Positions 1-9,058 of a stretch of 64,000 nucleotides of DNA are shown piece after piece. The DNA lies in assembly GCA_028821575.1 (NCBI GenBank), contig JAPPFW010000073.1, positions 11,434-75,433 on the forward strand, written 5' to 3'. The notes under the pieces are model-generated. The model worked only from the letters and a program-made list of their open reading frames with translations. It was not told the origin of the DNA and made no database searches. Position numbers and translations under genes: made by a program. Each line of letters begins with the position of its first letter. The first letter of the stretch is position 1. Source of the stretch: a bacterium (GTDB taxonomy: Bacteria; Actinomycetota; Acidimicrobiia; Spongiisociales; Spongiisociaceae).

Positions 1-160
1 GAGAGACTCCTTGGTAGAAGCCTAGGAGTCCCTCACGGTGAGGGTCTCGTTCCTCGACTACTACCACAAGGTTGTCGATTCGCCTCGCGATCTCAACCGG
101 TAGCTCTTCGAGGGTAACATCCACGACCTTCTCGAAGTCTTCCCGCCCAAACAGGGGTAT
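1..160 (-). CDS. small metallopeptidase-family (DUF1025/zincin-like) protein, N-terminal part only (gene runs off the window start)
   Basis: Minus-strand translation of 160->2 reads IPLFGREDFEKVVDVTLEELPVEIARRIDNLVVVVEERDPHREGLLGFYQGVS. From memory this resembles the N-terminus of small actinobacterial 'metallopeptidase family' proteins. AAAAGGTGGG Shine-Dalgarno-like stretch at 161-170. There is no in-frame ATG or GTG, so the start codon is unresolved (CTG at 154-152 is possible). Absent from the ORF track because it is truncated. Confidence 0.4.
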   Translation of the reverse strand, partial: MPLFGREDFEKVVDVTLEELPVEIARRIDNLVVVVEERDPHREGLLGFYQGVS

Positions 161-300
161 CCCACCTTTTGTCCAAACACAACTCTGAGTGGATCTGAAG
201 GTAACATCTACGCAGCGATCGCGCCATCGCCTGAAGCGAGGCCGCTGGCTCCCTCCGACCGGATGCGAGGCTGAGAATGCCGACTAGGATCCCTGTGGCA

Positions 301-372
301 GGGCGCTTAGCTCAGCGGGAGAGCGCTGCCTTCACACGGCAGAGGTCACTGGTTCGATCCCAGTAGCGCCCA
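301..372 (+). tRNA. tRNA-Val (anticodon CAC)
   Basis: Hand-folded cloverleaf: acceptor GGGCGCT/AGCGCCC, D-arm GCTC-AGCGGGA-GAGC, anticodon arm CTGCC-TTCACAC-GGCAG (anticodon CAC), variable AGGTC, T-arm ACTGG-TTCGATC-CCAGT, discriminator A. The TTCGATC T-loop is canonical. Confidence 0.9.
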
Positions 373-497
373 CCGGGGGAACTACCCCTCCGTGCAGAAG
401 GTCAGGCGCTGGGCATCCACCAACCCCCCTTTGCAGGTGTTGCGCGTAACAGCTCCTGATGTGCTGAAACGGTTGAGACCCTTGGGGGAGCTACGAC

Positions 498-2768
498 ATG
501 ACCATTCAAGCGCCGACCTTCATCAGGTCCGATGGTCCCGACAAAGTGACGGGCACCGGGCGGTACACAGCCGACCTCACCGCGGCCGGGGTACTTGTCG
601 CCAAGTTCCGCTACGCGGAGGTTACGCATGCTCGCATCGTGGAGTTGGACACATCGGCTGCCCGGGCCATGCCAGGCGTGTTCGCCGTTCTGACCACCGA
701 CGACGTACCCGACGTGCTCTACGGTTCCATCAAGGACCGGCGGCTTTTCGCCAAGGATGTGGTGCGGTTCGAGGGGGAGGTGGTGGCCGCGGTTGCGGCG
801 AGCGACGAGGCGACGGCCGAGCGCGCCGTCGACGCCATTGTGGTGCGCTACGAGCCGATCCAGGCCGTTGCTGACATGGAGGAGGCCCTCGAACCCGGTG
901 CGCCGCTCATTCACGAGGAGTGGGAAACGTATGAAGCCCCGGGCGTGGAGAGGGAGGGCAACCTGGCCTCCTACACTTCGCTGTCGCGCGGTGATGCGGG
1001 CGCAGGTCTGGCCGAGGCGGACCTGGTCATCACCAGCCGCTATGTGGCCGACGCCTCGCACGCCGTCCCGATCGAGCCACGTGCGATCCTGGCGCAATGG
1101 GAAGGTCAAAAGGTCACGATCTGGTCGTCCACCCAGGTCCCGTTCCCGGCCAGGGACGGGGTCTGCGAGACCCTCGGGCTGCCCACCAACCGGGTGCGGG
1201 TCATCGTGCCGCATCTGGGCGGAGGCTTCGGCGGCAAGTGCGGGTTCCACTACGAAGCACACGTGGCGGCTCTGTCCAGGGCTGCCCGCCGCCCTGTGCG
1301 GTTGGTTTTCTCGCGCCGGGAGGAGTTCATCGCTCCCGACAGGCGCCGGGAAGGGATGATCGTCGAACTCACGAGCGGTGTCCGCAAGGACGGCACGCTC
1401 ACAGCCCGCAAGGCCAGGGTGATTGTTGACAACGGCGCCTATGCGGCCGACTCCGCTGGGTTTCCGCAGCTGGCCGCCATGCACGCGCTCGGACCGTACA
1501 AGGTGGACAACGTCGAGGTCGAGGCCTCTGCCGTATACACGAACTGCCAGCCCTCCGGTTCGGTGCGCGCACCCACGGCACCGCAGGGCTGCTGGGCGGT
1601 CGAGTCCCACACCGATGAGTTGGCGACCGCGATCGGCATGGATCCGGTGGAGTTCCGCAAAATCAACACGGTGGATAGCGGCGACGTCGGCGTCACCGGT
1701 CAGCTGTACGAGGAGATCGGGTTGCAGGAGTGCATCGACGCGGCCGTGGCCGGGATCGGGAGTCGCCATGATCTCCCGCCCGATGAGGCAGTTGGGGTAG
1801 CCGTGGGGTGGTGGCCCAGCTTCGCCATGGCGTCCGGCGCCTACGTCAAGATCGATCACGACGGCAAGGGAGTCATCGTCACCGGCGCCCAGGAGTGCGG
1901 GACCGGTGCGGTGATGACCCTTCCCTACCTGGTGGCGGGGGAACTCGGCATGCGACCCGAGGACTTCGAGCTGGTCTACCAGGACACCAGTGCCGCCCCG
2001 TTCGACGCGGGTGCCAGCGGGTCCCAAACCCTGTTCAACAACGGACGGGCCACGGTGGCCGCGGCCAGAGAAGTTGCCTCCCAACTCAAGGATCTGGCAG
2101 CGCAGGAGTTGGAGGCATCCACCGAGGACATAGTGCTGGCCGACGGCAAGGCCCACGTGGCCGGAGACCCGGCGTCCGCCGTGACGATCGAATGGCTGGC
2201 TGCAATCGCCGCCGAAGGTGCTCTCCTACTCGGTCGAGGATCGAACGATCCCCCCGAGTGGCCATCCATGTCGGGCGTGTCCTGCGTGGGCGATCACGGC
2301 CTCGGAGCCTGGGTAGCGCCGCAATTCTCCTGTCACGCGGTTCGCGTTCGCCTCGACAGGGAGACGGGGGTGGTGCGTGTCCTGGATGTCTCTACCGCCC
2401 ACGACTCCGGAACCATCATCAATAGCCGGGGGGCTCTCGGCCAGGTGGAGGGAGGCGTCATGATGGGGATCGGCCAGGCCCTCACCGAAGGAGTCACCTT
2501 CGATGATGAGGGCAGGCAGCTCAACCCGGCGCTCCTGGACTACAAGCTCCAGACCACCGCCGATGCTCCCGGCATCAGGACGCACTTCGCGCAGGTGCCG
2601 GCCGCGGTTGGTGGGCCCTACGGTTCGAAGGGAATCGCAGAGGCCCCCAACGTGCCCACGGCCGCCGCGATCTCCAATGCAATCGCCAAGCTCATCGGTG
2701 GGCCCGTCCGGCAACTGCCGATGACCGCTGAACGGGTCTGGCTCGCTATGGAGGAGGGGGCATCATGA
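498..2768 (+). CDS. xanthine dehydrogenase/CO dehydrogenase-family molybdenum hydroxylase, molybdopterin-binding large subunit
   Basis: 756-aa ORF. Has the VPHLGGGFGGK motif and the N-terminal a/b-hammerhead-like region typical of XDH/CoxL-family large subunits. ATGA stop/start overlap with the next gene. Substrate not inferable. Confidence 0.85.
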   Translation: MTIQAPTFIRSDGPDKVTGTGRYTADLTAAGVLVAKFRYAEVTHARIVELDTSAARAMPGVFAVLTTDDVPDVLYGSIKDRRLFAKDVVRFEGEVVAAVAASDEATAERAVDAIVVRYEPIQAVADMEEALEPGAPLIHEEWETYEAPGVEREGNLASYTSLSRGDAGAGLAEADLVITSRYVADASHAVPIEPRAILAQWEGQKVTIWSSTQVPFPARDGVCETLGLPTNRVRVIVPHLGGGFGGKCGFHYEAHVAALSRAARRPVRLVFSRREEFIAPDRRREGMIVELTSGVRKDGTLTARKARVIVDNGAYAADSAGFPQLAAMHALGPYKVDNVEVEASAVYTNCQPSGSVRAPTAPQGCWAVESHTDELATAIGMDPVEFRKINTVDSGDVGVTGQLYEEIGLQECIDAAVAGIGSRHDLPPDEAVGVAVGWWPSFAMASGAYVKIDHDGKGVIVTGAQECGTGAVMTLPYLVAGELGMRPEDFELVYQDTSAAPFDAGASGSQTLFNNGRATVAAAREVASQLKDLAAQELEASTEDIVLADGKAHVAGDPASAVTIEWLAAIAAEGALLLGRGSNDPPEWPSMSGVSCVGDHGLGAWVAPQFSCHAVRVRLDRETGVVRVLDVSTAHDSGTIINSRGALGQVEGGVMMGIGQALTEGVTFDDEGRQLNPALLDYKLQTTADAPGIRTHFAQVPAAVGGPYGSKGIAEAPNVPTAAAISNAIAKLIGGPVRQLPMTAERVWLAMEEGAS

Positions 2769-3664
2769 TCTTCGCGTCGGCGGCGACGATCGAGGAGGCG
2801 CTCGAAGCCATGGCGGACGGCGCGACGCCCATCGCGGGAGGAACGGACTTGGTGGTCGGGGCCCGGCAGGGTAAGGCGCCCCTCCCAACCTCGCTCGTGT
2901 CGATCGATCGGGTGTCTGGAATGTCTGGCATTGTCCAAGCAAGCGACGGAACGCGTGTGGGGGCTCTGGTCACGCATGGAGCGCTGATGACCGACGCCCG
3001 GGTGGTCGGACCCTACACAGCCTTGGCAGACGCCGCCGCCCTGGTGGGGTCACCGGCGACCCGGTACGTGGGAACCCTGGGAGGGAACATCATGAACGCC
3101 TCGCCGGCGATGGACACCGGTGCGCCGCTGGTGGTTTTCGGCGCCCTCGCCGAGCTACGGTGCCTGTCGGGGGCCCGTACGCTACCGGTCGCGGACCTGT
3201 GGACGGCTCCCGGCGTCACCAGTGCCCGTTCCGACGAATTGCTGGTGGCGGTGCATCTCGAACTGCGGCCGTCCCGGTCTGGCAGCGCCTACGTAAGGCT
3301 GGAGTACCGGCGCGCGATGGAGATCGCAGTGGTCGGGGCGGCAGCCTCGGTGGTCCTGGAGGTCGACGGCACGATCGCCACGGGTCGGGTGGCTCTCAGC
3401 GCCGTGGCTCCCACGATCATCGAGGTCGAAGGGGTAGCGGGCATGATCTCCGGGTTGCCCGTCGAGGAAGCCGGCTCGCTGGTCCAGGAGGTCGCTTCGC
3501 TGCAAGCCGTTCCCATCAGTGATCTGAGAGGCAGTGATCGCTACAGGCGTCATACAGTCGGGGTGATGGCAAAGCGGGCCTTGTCGGCGGCGGCGCGGCG
3601 GGCAGCCGGGGAGGTGATCGGGGTACCGGTGAACCGGGCGATCGGTGTAGGGTCCGAGTCATGA
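2765..3664 (+). CDS. molybdenum hydroxylase FAD-binding medium subunit (CoxM/XdhB-like)
   Basis: 299 aa. IAGGTDLVV and GTLGGNI motifs typical of FAD_binding_5 / CO-dehydrogenase flavoprotein subunits. ATGA overlaps on both sides. Confidence 0.85.
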   Translation: MIFASAATIEEALEAMADGATPIAGGTDLVVGARQGKAPLPTSLVSIDRVSGMSGIVQASDGTRVGALVTHGALMTDARVVGPYTALADAAALVGSPATRYVGTLGGNIMNASPAMDTGAPLVVFGALAELRCLSGARTLPVADLWTAPGVTSARSDELLVAVHLELRPSRSGSAYVRLEYRRAMEIAVVGAAASVVLEVDGTIATGRVALSAVAPTIIEVEGVAGMISGLPVEEAGSLVQEVASLQAVPISDLRGSDRYRRHTVGVMAKRALSAAARRAAGEVIGVPVNRAIGVGSES

Positions 3665-4125
3665 GAACAGCGCTTGTTCTCAGGATCAATGGCGTCGACT
3701 CTCCGGTCATGGTAGATCCCTCCCGCGATCTTCTCGGAGTCCTGCGCGACGAGTTGGGCCTGACAGGCACGAAAGAGGGATGCGACGACTGCGAGTGCGG
3801 TGCGTGCATGGTGCTCGTGGACGGGGGACCGGTGAACTCCTGCTCGTATCTTGCCGTGCAGGCGGTGGGTAGGTCCATTACGACGATCGAAGGAATCATG
3901 GAAGGCGACGAGTTGAGCGCGTTGCAGCGGAACATGATTGTCGAGGGGGGCGTCCAGTGCGGATTCTGCACGCCGGGGATGATCGTCTCCGCCCAGGCAC
4001 TCCTGGCTTCCAATCCGGTTCCGACCGAGGAGGAGATCCGGATTGGTCTGTCGGGGAACTTGTGTCGCTGCACCGGTTATGCGGGTATTCTCTCTGCGGT
4101 GACGCGGACGGTTTCTGAAGTCTGA
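3661..4125 (+). CDS. molybdenum hydroxylase [2Fe-2S] small subunit (CoxS/XdhC-iron-sulfur-like)
   Basis: 154 aa with both 2Fe-2S cysteine clusters (GCDDCECGAC...C and CGFCTPG...CRCTGY). Confidence 0.9.
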   Translation: MRTALVLRINGVDSPVMVDPSRDLLGVLRDELGLTGTKEGCDDCECGACMVLVDGGPVNSCSYLAVQAVGRSITTIEGIMEGDELSALQRNMIVEGGVQCGFCTPGMIVSAQALLASNPVPTEEEIRIGLSGNLCRCTGYAGILSAVTRTVSEV

Positions 4126-4291
4126 GCGCCACCTGGGTGCTCCCGATCACAGCGCGGCAGCAGTAAATCCTCGAAACTCCGCATGTCGTGCCGTAGGCTT
4201 GGGGATGCAGTGGATGTCGGCACGGATAGGCGGCGGAGGTTGATATCCTCGCAATGAGTCCGTGCGTTCGGTCGTCCGTGGAGGAGCTGCC

Positions 4292-5059
4292 ATGAGGAAA
4301 CTGGTATTGCTATTGGTGTGGTTTGCACTGGTGGTCGCCGCCTGCGGCGGGGGCGAGGAAGAACCGACCGAGACCGAACCTACTACGGAAACGGTGGGCG
4401 TCACTGCGGGCGCGACTACGGAGCCTACCGTTGCAACTCCGGACGATGCGATGACTGATGACGCGATGGCCGATGACGCGATGGCCGATGACGCCACGAC
4501 TGGTGACGCGATGGCCGATGACGCGACGGCAGATGGCGCGATGACCGACGATGGCGAAGCGGAGAGCCCTCCCGCCACCGAGCCGGAGCCCGAGCCGATC
4601 GATGCGGTGGTCACCCTCAGGGCGCTGGGTCCGGTGCGCATAGGCATGACGGTCGACGAAGCCACCAGCGAGACAGGCATCGAACTGCGGAGGGACTTCG
4701 GTAGGCAGTCGACCAGCACCTGCTACTACGTGACCGCGGGTGCAGCACTGCGGGGCGTGTCGATCATGGTGTTGGACGATCGGATCGCCCGCATCGACGT
4801 CGACTCTCCCAGCACCATCGCCACCAGGTCCGGCGTGAGGATCGGCACTCCTGCCGACGATCTGAGACAGGTCTACCCGAACAACATCCGGCAAGCCAAC
4901 GACGCGGTGGCGGAGGGCGAAGCATTGGCGTTCGTTCCCAACGACGACTTCGACGCCGACTATCGCATCTACTTCGAGATCGAAGACGGGCAGATAGCCC
5001 GATACCGATTGGGGACCAAGCCTGCGGTCGACTATCTCGGCGGCTGCCCAGATCAATAG
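4292..5059 (+). CDS. secreted lipoprotein of unknown function with acidic D-D-A-M-A pentapeptide repeats
   Basis: ATG at 4292 preceded by GGAGGAG. N-terminus [20 protein letters not shown] is a signal peptide plus lipobox Cys. Next comes a T/E/P-rich spacer, 7 pentapeptide repeats, then a roughly 150-aa C-terminal globular part. The upstream part of the tracked ORF (4262) is probably not translated. Confidence 0.65.
   Translation: MRKLVLLLVWFALVVAACGGGEEEPTETEPTTETVGVTAGATTEPTVATPDDAMTDDAMADDAMADDATTGDAMADDATADGAMTDDGEAESPPATEPEPEPIDAVVTLRALGPVRIGMTVDEATSETGIELRRDFGRQSTSTCYYVTAGAALRGVSIMVLDDRIARIDVDSPSTIATRSGVRIGTPADDLRQVYPNNIRQANDAVAEGEALAFVPNDDFDADYRIYFEIEDGQIARYRLGTKPAVDYLGGCPDQ
4442..4546 (+). 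repeat. 7 tandem copies of a 15-bp unit (consensus GATGACGCGATGGCC) inside the lipoprotein gene
   Basis: Read directly: gacgatgcgatgact / gatgacgcgatggcc / gatgacgcgatggcc / gatgacgccacgact / ggtgacgcgatggcc / gatgacgcgacggca / gatggcgcgatgacc. These encode [35 protein letters not shown]. Confidence 0.9.
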
Positions 5060-5063
5060 CGGC

Positions 5064-5102
5064 TAGTGGTTAGTGTTGGATTCTACTGACTACTGACCAC
5101 TA
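5064..5102. terminator. hairpin between convergent genes (putative bidirectional terminator)
   Basis: tagtggttagt (5064-5074) pairs with actgaccacta (5092-5102): 11 bp with one G-U. It lies between the lipoprotein stop (5057-5059) and the betA stop (5100-5102). No U-tract. Confidence 0.4.
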
Positions 5103-6737
5103 TCCACCATGGCGGTACCAGTCGACGTCTTCGCGGGGTAGTGGCTGGTTCCCCAGTACTAGGTCGGCGGCACGTTCCGCGATCATCATCACCGGGGCGT
5201 ATATGTTGCCATTGGTGATTGTCGGCATGACCGAGGCGTCGACCACCCGCAGGCCTTCCATGCCGTGAACGCGTAGCGATCCGGGATCCACCACCGACAT
5301 CGTGTCAGTGCCCATCCTCGCCGTACCGCAAGGGTGGAGAGCGGTCTCGGCATCCCTGGCCACCCAGGCGAGTATCTCCTCGTCGGTGCTCACCTCCGGA
5401 CCGGGCGACAACTCCCCTCCGTTGTAATCGTCGAACGCGGGCTGGTTCAGCAAGTAGCGGACGAAGCGGACCGCTTCGACCCAGTCCTGGCGATCCGCAG
5501 AGGTGGACAGGTAGTTGAACCGCAGCCCGGGTTTGTCGTAGGGGTCGGTTGACTTCAGGAATATGGAACCCCGGACGTCCGAGTACATAGGGCCGACATG
5601 TACCTGGTAGCCGTGCCCGCCGGCAGGCACCGATCCGTCATAGCGGATGGCGATCGGCAGGAAGTGGAGCATCAGGTTCGGGTAGGCCACCCGGTCGTTG
5701 CTGCGGACGAAGGCACCCCCCTCGAAATGGTTGCTGGTGCCCGGTCCCCGGCGGAGCAACCACTGGAGCCCGATCAACGGCTTGCGCCACGCCGCCAACT
5801 GCGGCTGCAGGGAGACCGGTAGCTTCGAGGCGTACTGGATGTAGACCTCCAGGTGATCCTGCAGGTTCCGGCCCACGCCCGGCAGGTCGTTCACCACGCC
5901 GACTCCCAGCTCCTCCAGGTGCTTTCGAGGGCCCAGACCTGAGAGCATCAACAGCTGCGGGGTGTTGATGGCGCCTCCTGAGACGATGACCTCCCGGGCC
6001 CCGGCCCGGTGCAGCTTCCGGCCTTTGCGGTACTCCGCCCCCACCGCACGGGTTCCCTCGAAGAGGATCCGGGTGGTATGCGCTCGGGTTACGACGGTAA
6101 GGTTCGGTCTTCCCATCGCCGGATGCAGGTACGCCCGGGCGGCGCTGAGTCGGCGACCGCGGTGCCGGTTGGCGTCGAAGGCGGCGAAGCCCTCCTGCCG
6201 GTAGCCATTCACGTCGCTCGTCAGTGGTATTCCTGCCTGCTGACCGGCCTCGAAGAAGGCTTGGAACAGTGGATTGGTCGCGGGTCCCCTCTCCAGGATC
6301 AGCGGCCCCTGCCCGCCCCGGTACTCATCCTCTCCGGCGAGGGTGGTCTCCAGCCGCTTGAAGTAGGGAAGGCAATGGGCATAGCTCCAGTCGCCCATGC
6401 CGGCGGCCGACGCCCACTTCTCGTAGTCCATCGGATTGCCCCGCTGGAAGATCATCCCGTTGATGGAGCTCGAACCACCCAGGACCTTCCCGCGTGCGTG
6501 GTATACGCGGCGCCCCCCCATATGGGGCTCCGGTTCCGACTCGTACTTCCAGTCATAGAACCGTGATCCGATCGGATAGGTGAGGGCGGCCGGCATGTGG
6601 ATGAAGACGTCCCAGCGGTAGTCCGGCCGGCCGGCTTCGAGCACGAGGACCCTGTTCGATGGGTCGGCGCTCAGCCGGGCGGCCATTGCACATCCGGCCG
6701 AGCCCCCGCCGACGATCACGAAGTCGTAGGCGGTCAT
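5100..6737 (-). CDS. betA: choline dehydrogenase (GMC oxidoreductase)
   Basis: 545 aa. N-terminal [15 protein letters not shown] fold. Long colinear similarity, from memory, to E. coli BetA ([46 protein letters not shown]). Confidence 0.85.
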   Translation of the reverse strand: MTAYDFVIVGGGSAGCAMAARLSADPSNRVLVLEAGRPDYRWDVFIHMPAALTYPIGSRFYDWKYESEPEPHMGGRRVYHARGKVLGGSSSINGMIFQRGNPMDYEKWASAAGMGDWSYAHCLPYFKRLETTLAGEDEYRGGQGPLILERGPATNPLFQAFFEAGQQAGIPLTSDVNGYRQEGFAAFDANRHRGRRLSAARAYLHPAMGRPNLTVVTRAHTTRILFEGTRAVGAEYRKGRKLHRAGAREVIVSGGAINTPQLLMLSGLGPRKHLEELGVGVVNDLPGVGRNLQDHLEVYIQYASKLPVSLQPQLAAWRKPLIGLQWLLRRGPGTSNHFEGGAFVRSNDRVAYPNLMLHFLPIAIRYDGSVPAGGHGYQVHVGPMYSDVRGSIFLKSTDPYDKPGLRFNYLSTSADRQDWVEAVRFVRYLLNQPAFDDYNGGELSPGPEVSTDEEILAWVARDAETALHPCGTARMGTDTMSVVDPGSLRVHGMEGLRVVDASVMPTITNGNIYAPVMMIAERAADLVLGNQPLPREDVDWYRHGG

Positions 6738-8053
6738 GTTTCTCTCCCGGGCCGCACCGTATCCGTTCTCCGCCTATCTCTGGGACGGCGCCTTCTCCGG
6801 GCTGCTTGGAGGATGACCGTGCCGGCCCTGGCCGGGACCATGGTGAAGGCGCGGCGCTCCCTGGCCGCCACTCCCTCATGGGTGAGGATTCGCCACAGCG
6901 CGAAGCCGGTGATGCCGCCGTAGAGGACGGCTACGAACGAGTAGAGACCTGCCGGATCCGTGCCGTCCATGACGAGGGCGGCGATGATCGGCCCGATGAT
7001 GGCGCCTACCCCGGTGACGGATGAGACGACGCTGCTCACCCCCACGGCGGAACCCGGCGGGACGCGGTCGTTGATGTGGCTGAGCGCCAGCGGGTACATC
7101 GGGAGCGCCATACCCCCTACGAGGAAGGAGATGATCAGTGCCCACCAGCCTAGGGGCTCGACGTTGACCATTGCCAGGCATGATCCGGCGGTCAGGAGTC
7201 CTATCGCCATGATCACGCGGCGGCGCCCGATCCGGTCGGAGATCATTCCTATCGGTCCCTGCAACACCACGCTCCCGAGAATGGCGCAGGTCATGAACAC
7301 GGCGATCCGGTCCACACTCATACCAACCCGCGCTCCATACACGGCGCCCAGGCTCAACAAGGCGGCCACTCCAACACCCTGGCCGAAGGCGGCTACCAAT
7401 CCCGACGGCGCGGCTTCCCAAACCTTCCTGACGGGCAGCCTGTCAGGAACGGGCAGGCGGGGCCCTGGAGCGGTCGAGAGGGTGATCGGGATGACTGCCA
7501 CCGATACGAGTATGGATGCGAGGATGAACAGGATGACACCTGACGGATCTGCCAGCGTCAGCAACATCTGGCCGAGCGCCATTCCGCCCATCAGAACCAC
7601 CATATAGGCGCCGAGCAGGCGACCTCGGGTGCGATTCGTGGTCGCGTCGTTGAGCCAGCTCTCCGCCACGATGAACAGGCCCGACATGGAGAACCCGGTG
7701 ACGAGGCGGGCGCCACTCCAGACCACTGGGGACGAGGTGACGATGTAGATGAGGGTGGCGGTCGAGGCCAGCGAGGCGAGCGCCGCGTACACGCGGATGT
7801 GGCCCACGAGCACCACCAGGCGGGGCGCCACCGCGGCGCCGACCAGGAACCCTACGTAGTAGAAGGCAAGCACGAGCCCGGTCGTGGGGGTTGCGAACCC
7901 CTCCAGTTCGGCACGGACTCCGAGCAGGGGATTGAGCACGCCGTTGCCCAGCATCACGAGCAGGACCGCCGACAGCAGACCCCACGCTCCCAGCACCGTA
8001 CGAGTGGTCGAGCCGGGCGCGGAGGTGTCGCTGAACTTCGTAGGGGATTTCAT
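6734..8053 (-). CDS. MFS transporter (possibly choline or betaine-related by operon context)
   Basis: 439 aa with about 12 hydrophobic segments. ATGA overlap with the betA start (6737/6734) implies co-translation. Confidence 0.8.
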   Translation of the reverse strand: MKSPTKFSDTSAPGSTTRTVLGAWGLLSAVLLVMLGNGVLNPLLGVRAELEGFATPTTGLVLAFYYVGFLVGAAVAPRLVVLVGHIRVYAALASLASTATLIYIVTSSPVVWSGARLVTGFSMSGLFIVAESWLNDATTNRTRGRLLGAYMVVLMGGMALGQMLLTLADPSGVILFILASILVSVAVIPITLSTAPGPRLPVPDRLPVRKVWEAAPSGLVAAFGQGVGVAALLSLGAVYGARVGMSVDRIAVFMTCAILGSVVLQGPIGMISDRIGRRRVIMAIGLLTAGSCLAMVNVEPLGWWALIISFLVGGMALPMYPLALSHINDRVPPGSAVGVSSVVSSVTGVGAIIGPIIAALVMDGTDPAGLYSFVAVLYGGITGFALWRILTHEGVAARERRAFTMVPARAGTVILQAARRRRRPRDRRRTDTVRPGRET

Positions 8054-8220
8054 GGCATCACCAACTGTGAGGTAAGGATTTCGAGAGACCTATCGGGTTC
8101 CACCCCGAACGGTGGAAGAGACGGTGCAGCGGGCGTAGCCGCACTGCATCGTTGTCCTGACCATGGTAACAAGGCGGGCCTGCCAACCATTCCCTTCGCG
8201 TCCGAGCGCGGAGCTTTGGT

Positions 8221-9003
8221 TCAGCGTCCTTTCCAGACAGGGTCACGCTTCTCGGCGAAGGCGCGTGGGCCCTCCTCGGCATCTTCGGAGTGGAGCATGC
8301 GCCGGTACGACTCGATCTCGCCTGAACGCATGAGGGCCAGACCTTCCTCGGCGGTCCTGGCTTCGGTCCGGCGTAGGACGTCGAGAACCGCGGCGACCGC
8401 CAGCGGCGCCATGGTGGCGATTCGGTCGGCCATGGCCCGAGCCGCGCCAAGGAGTTCGGAAGGAGCCACCATCTGGTTGGCCAGCCCGAACTGCAGCGCT
8501 TCAGCGGCGCTGAGCCGGCGCCCGGCGATCAGCACCTCGGTGGCCACCTGCCGCGGTAACAGCTTCGGCAGCCTGACGGTTCCCGCGTCGGGGATCAGGC
8601 CCACAGCAGGCTCGGGGAGGGAGAACGATGCATGGTCGGCGGCCACGGCCAGGTCGGCAGCCATGACGAGTTCGAAGCCGCCGCCCACCGCCATTCCGTT
8701 GACGGCGGCGATCACGGGTTTGTTCAGACCCGGGAGTTCCGGAAAGCCGCCGAAGCCCCCCGCCCCGTAGTCACTCTCGTATCCTTCACCCTCGGCGGCG
8801 GCCTTCAGATCCCATCCGGCACAGAAGAACCGCTCTCCCGCTCCCGTGAATAGCGCCACCTTGAGCCTGGGATCGTCCCGGAATTCGGTGAACACCTCCC
8901 CCAGGGCTCGGCTCGTTGCAGCATCGATGGCGTTGGCCTTGGGGCGGTCCAGCACCACCTCCAGGGTCGACTCCCGCCGGGTCACCCGTATCGCTTTGCT
9001 CAT
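8221..9003 (-). CDS. caiD: crotonase-family carnitinyl-CoA dehydratase / crotonobetainyl-CoA hydratase
   Basis: 260 aa, strongly colinear from memory with E. coli CaiD (LDRPKANAID, FFCAGWDLKAAAEGE, KPVIAAVNG.A.GGGFEL, HSEDA.EGP.AFAEKRDPVWKGR). Confidence 0.8.
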   Translation of the reverse strand: MSKAIRVTRRESTLEVVLDRPKANAIDAATSRALGEVFTEFRDDPRLKVALFTGAGERFFCAGWDLKAAAEGEGYESDYGAGGFGGFPELPGLNKPVIAAVNGMAVGGGFELVMAADLAVAADHASFSLPEPAVGLIPDAGTVRLPKLLPRQVATEVLIAGRRLSAAEALQFGLANQMVAPSELLGAARAMADRIATMAPLAVAAVLDVLRRTEARTAEEGLALMRSGEIESYRRMLHSEDAEEGPRAFAEKRDPVWKGR

Positions 9004-9058
9004 CGCAACAGCATTCTAGCGACGGGCCGCATGGGGGCCATAGGACGTCAGCACCCTC

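Noticed and set aside
301-372. tRNA-Val as the attachment site of an integrated mobile island covering the catabolic genes.
   Set aside because: No integrase, excisionase, transposase or duplicated tRNA 3' segment is visible in the 64 kb. Apart from the MarR gene, the composition looks uniform. Left as a low-interest remark only.
8054-8220. Small hairpins (for example TTCCACC-ccgaac-GGTGGAA at about 8097-8116) upstream of the MFS-betA operon, as a possible BetI-type operator or riboswitch.
   Set aside because: The stems are short with no recurrence elsewhere in the window and no betI gene nearby. There is insufficient evidence.
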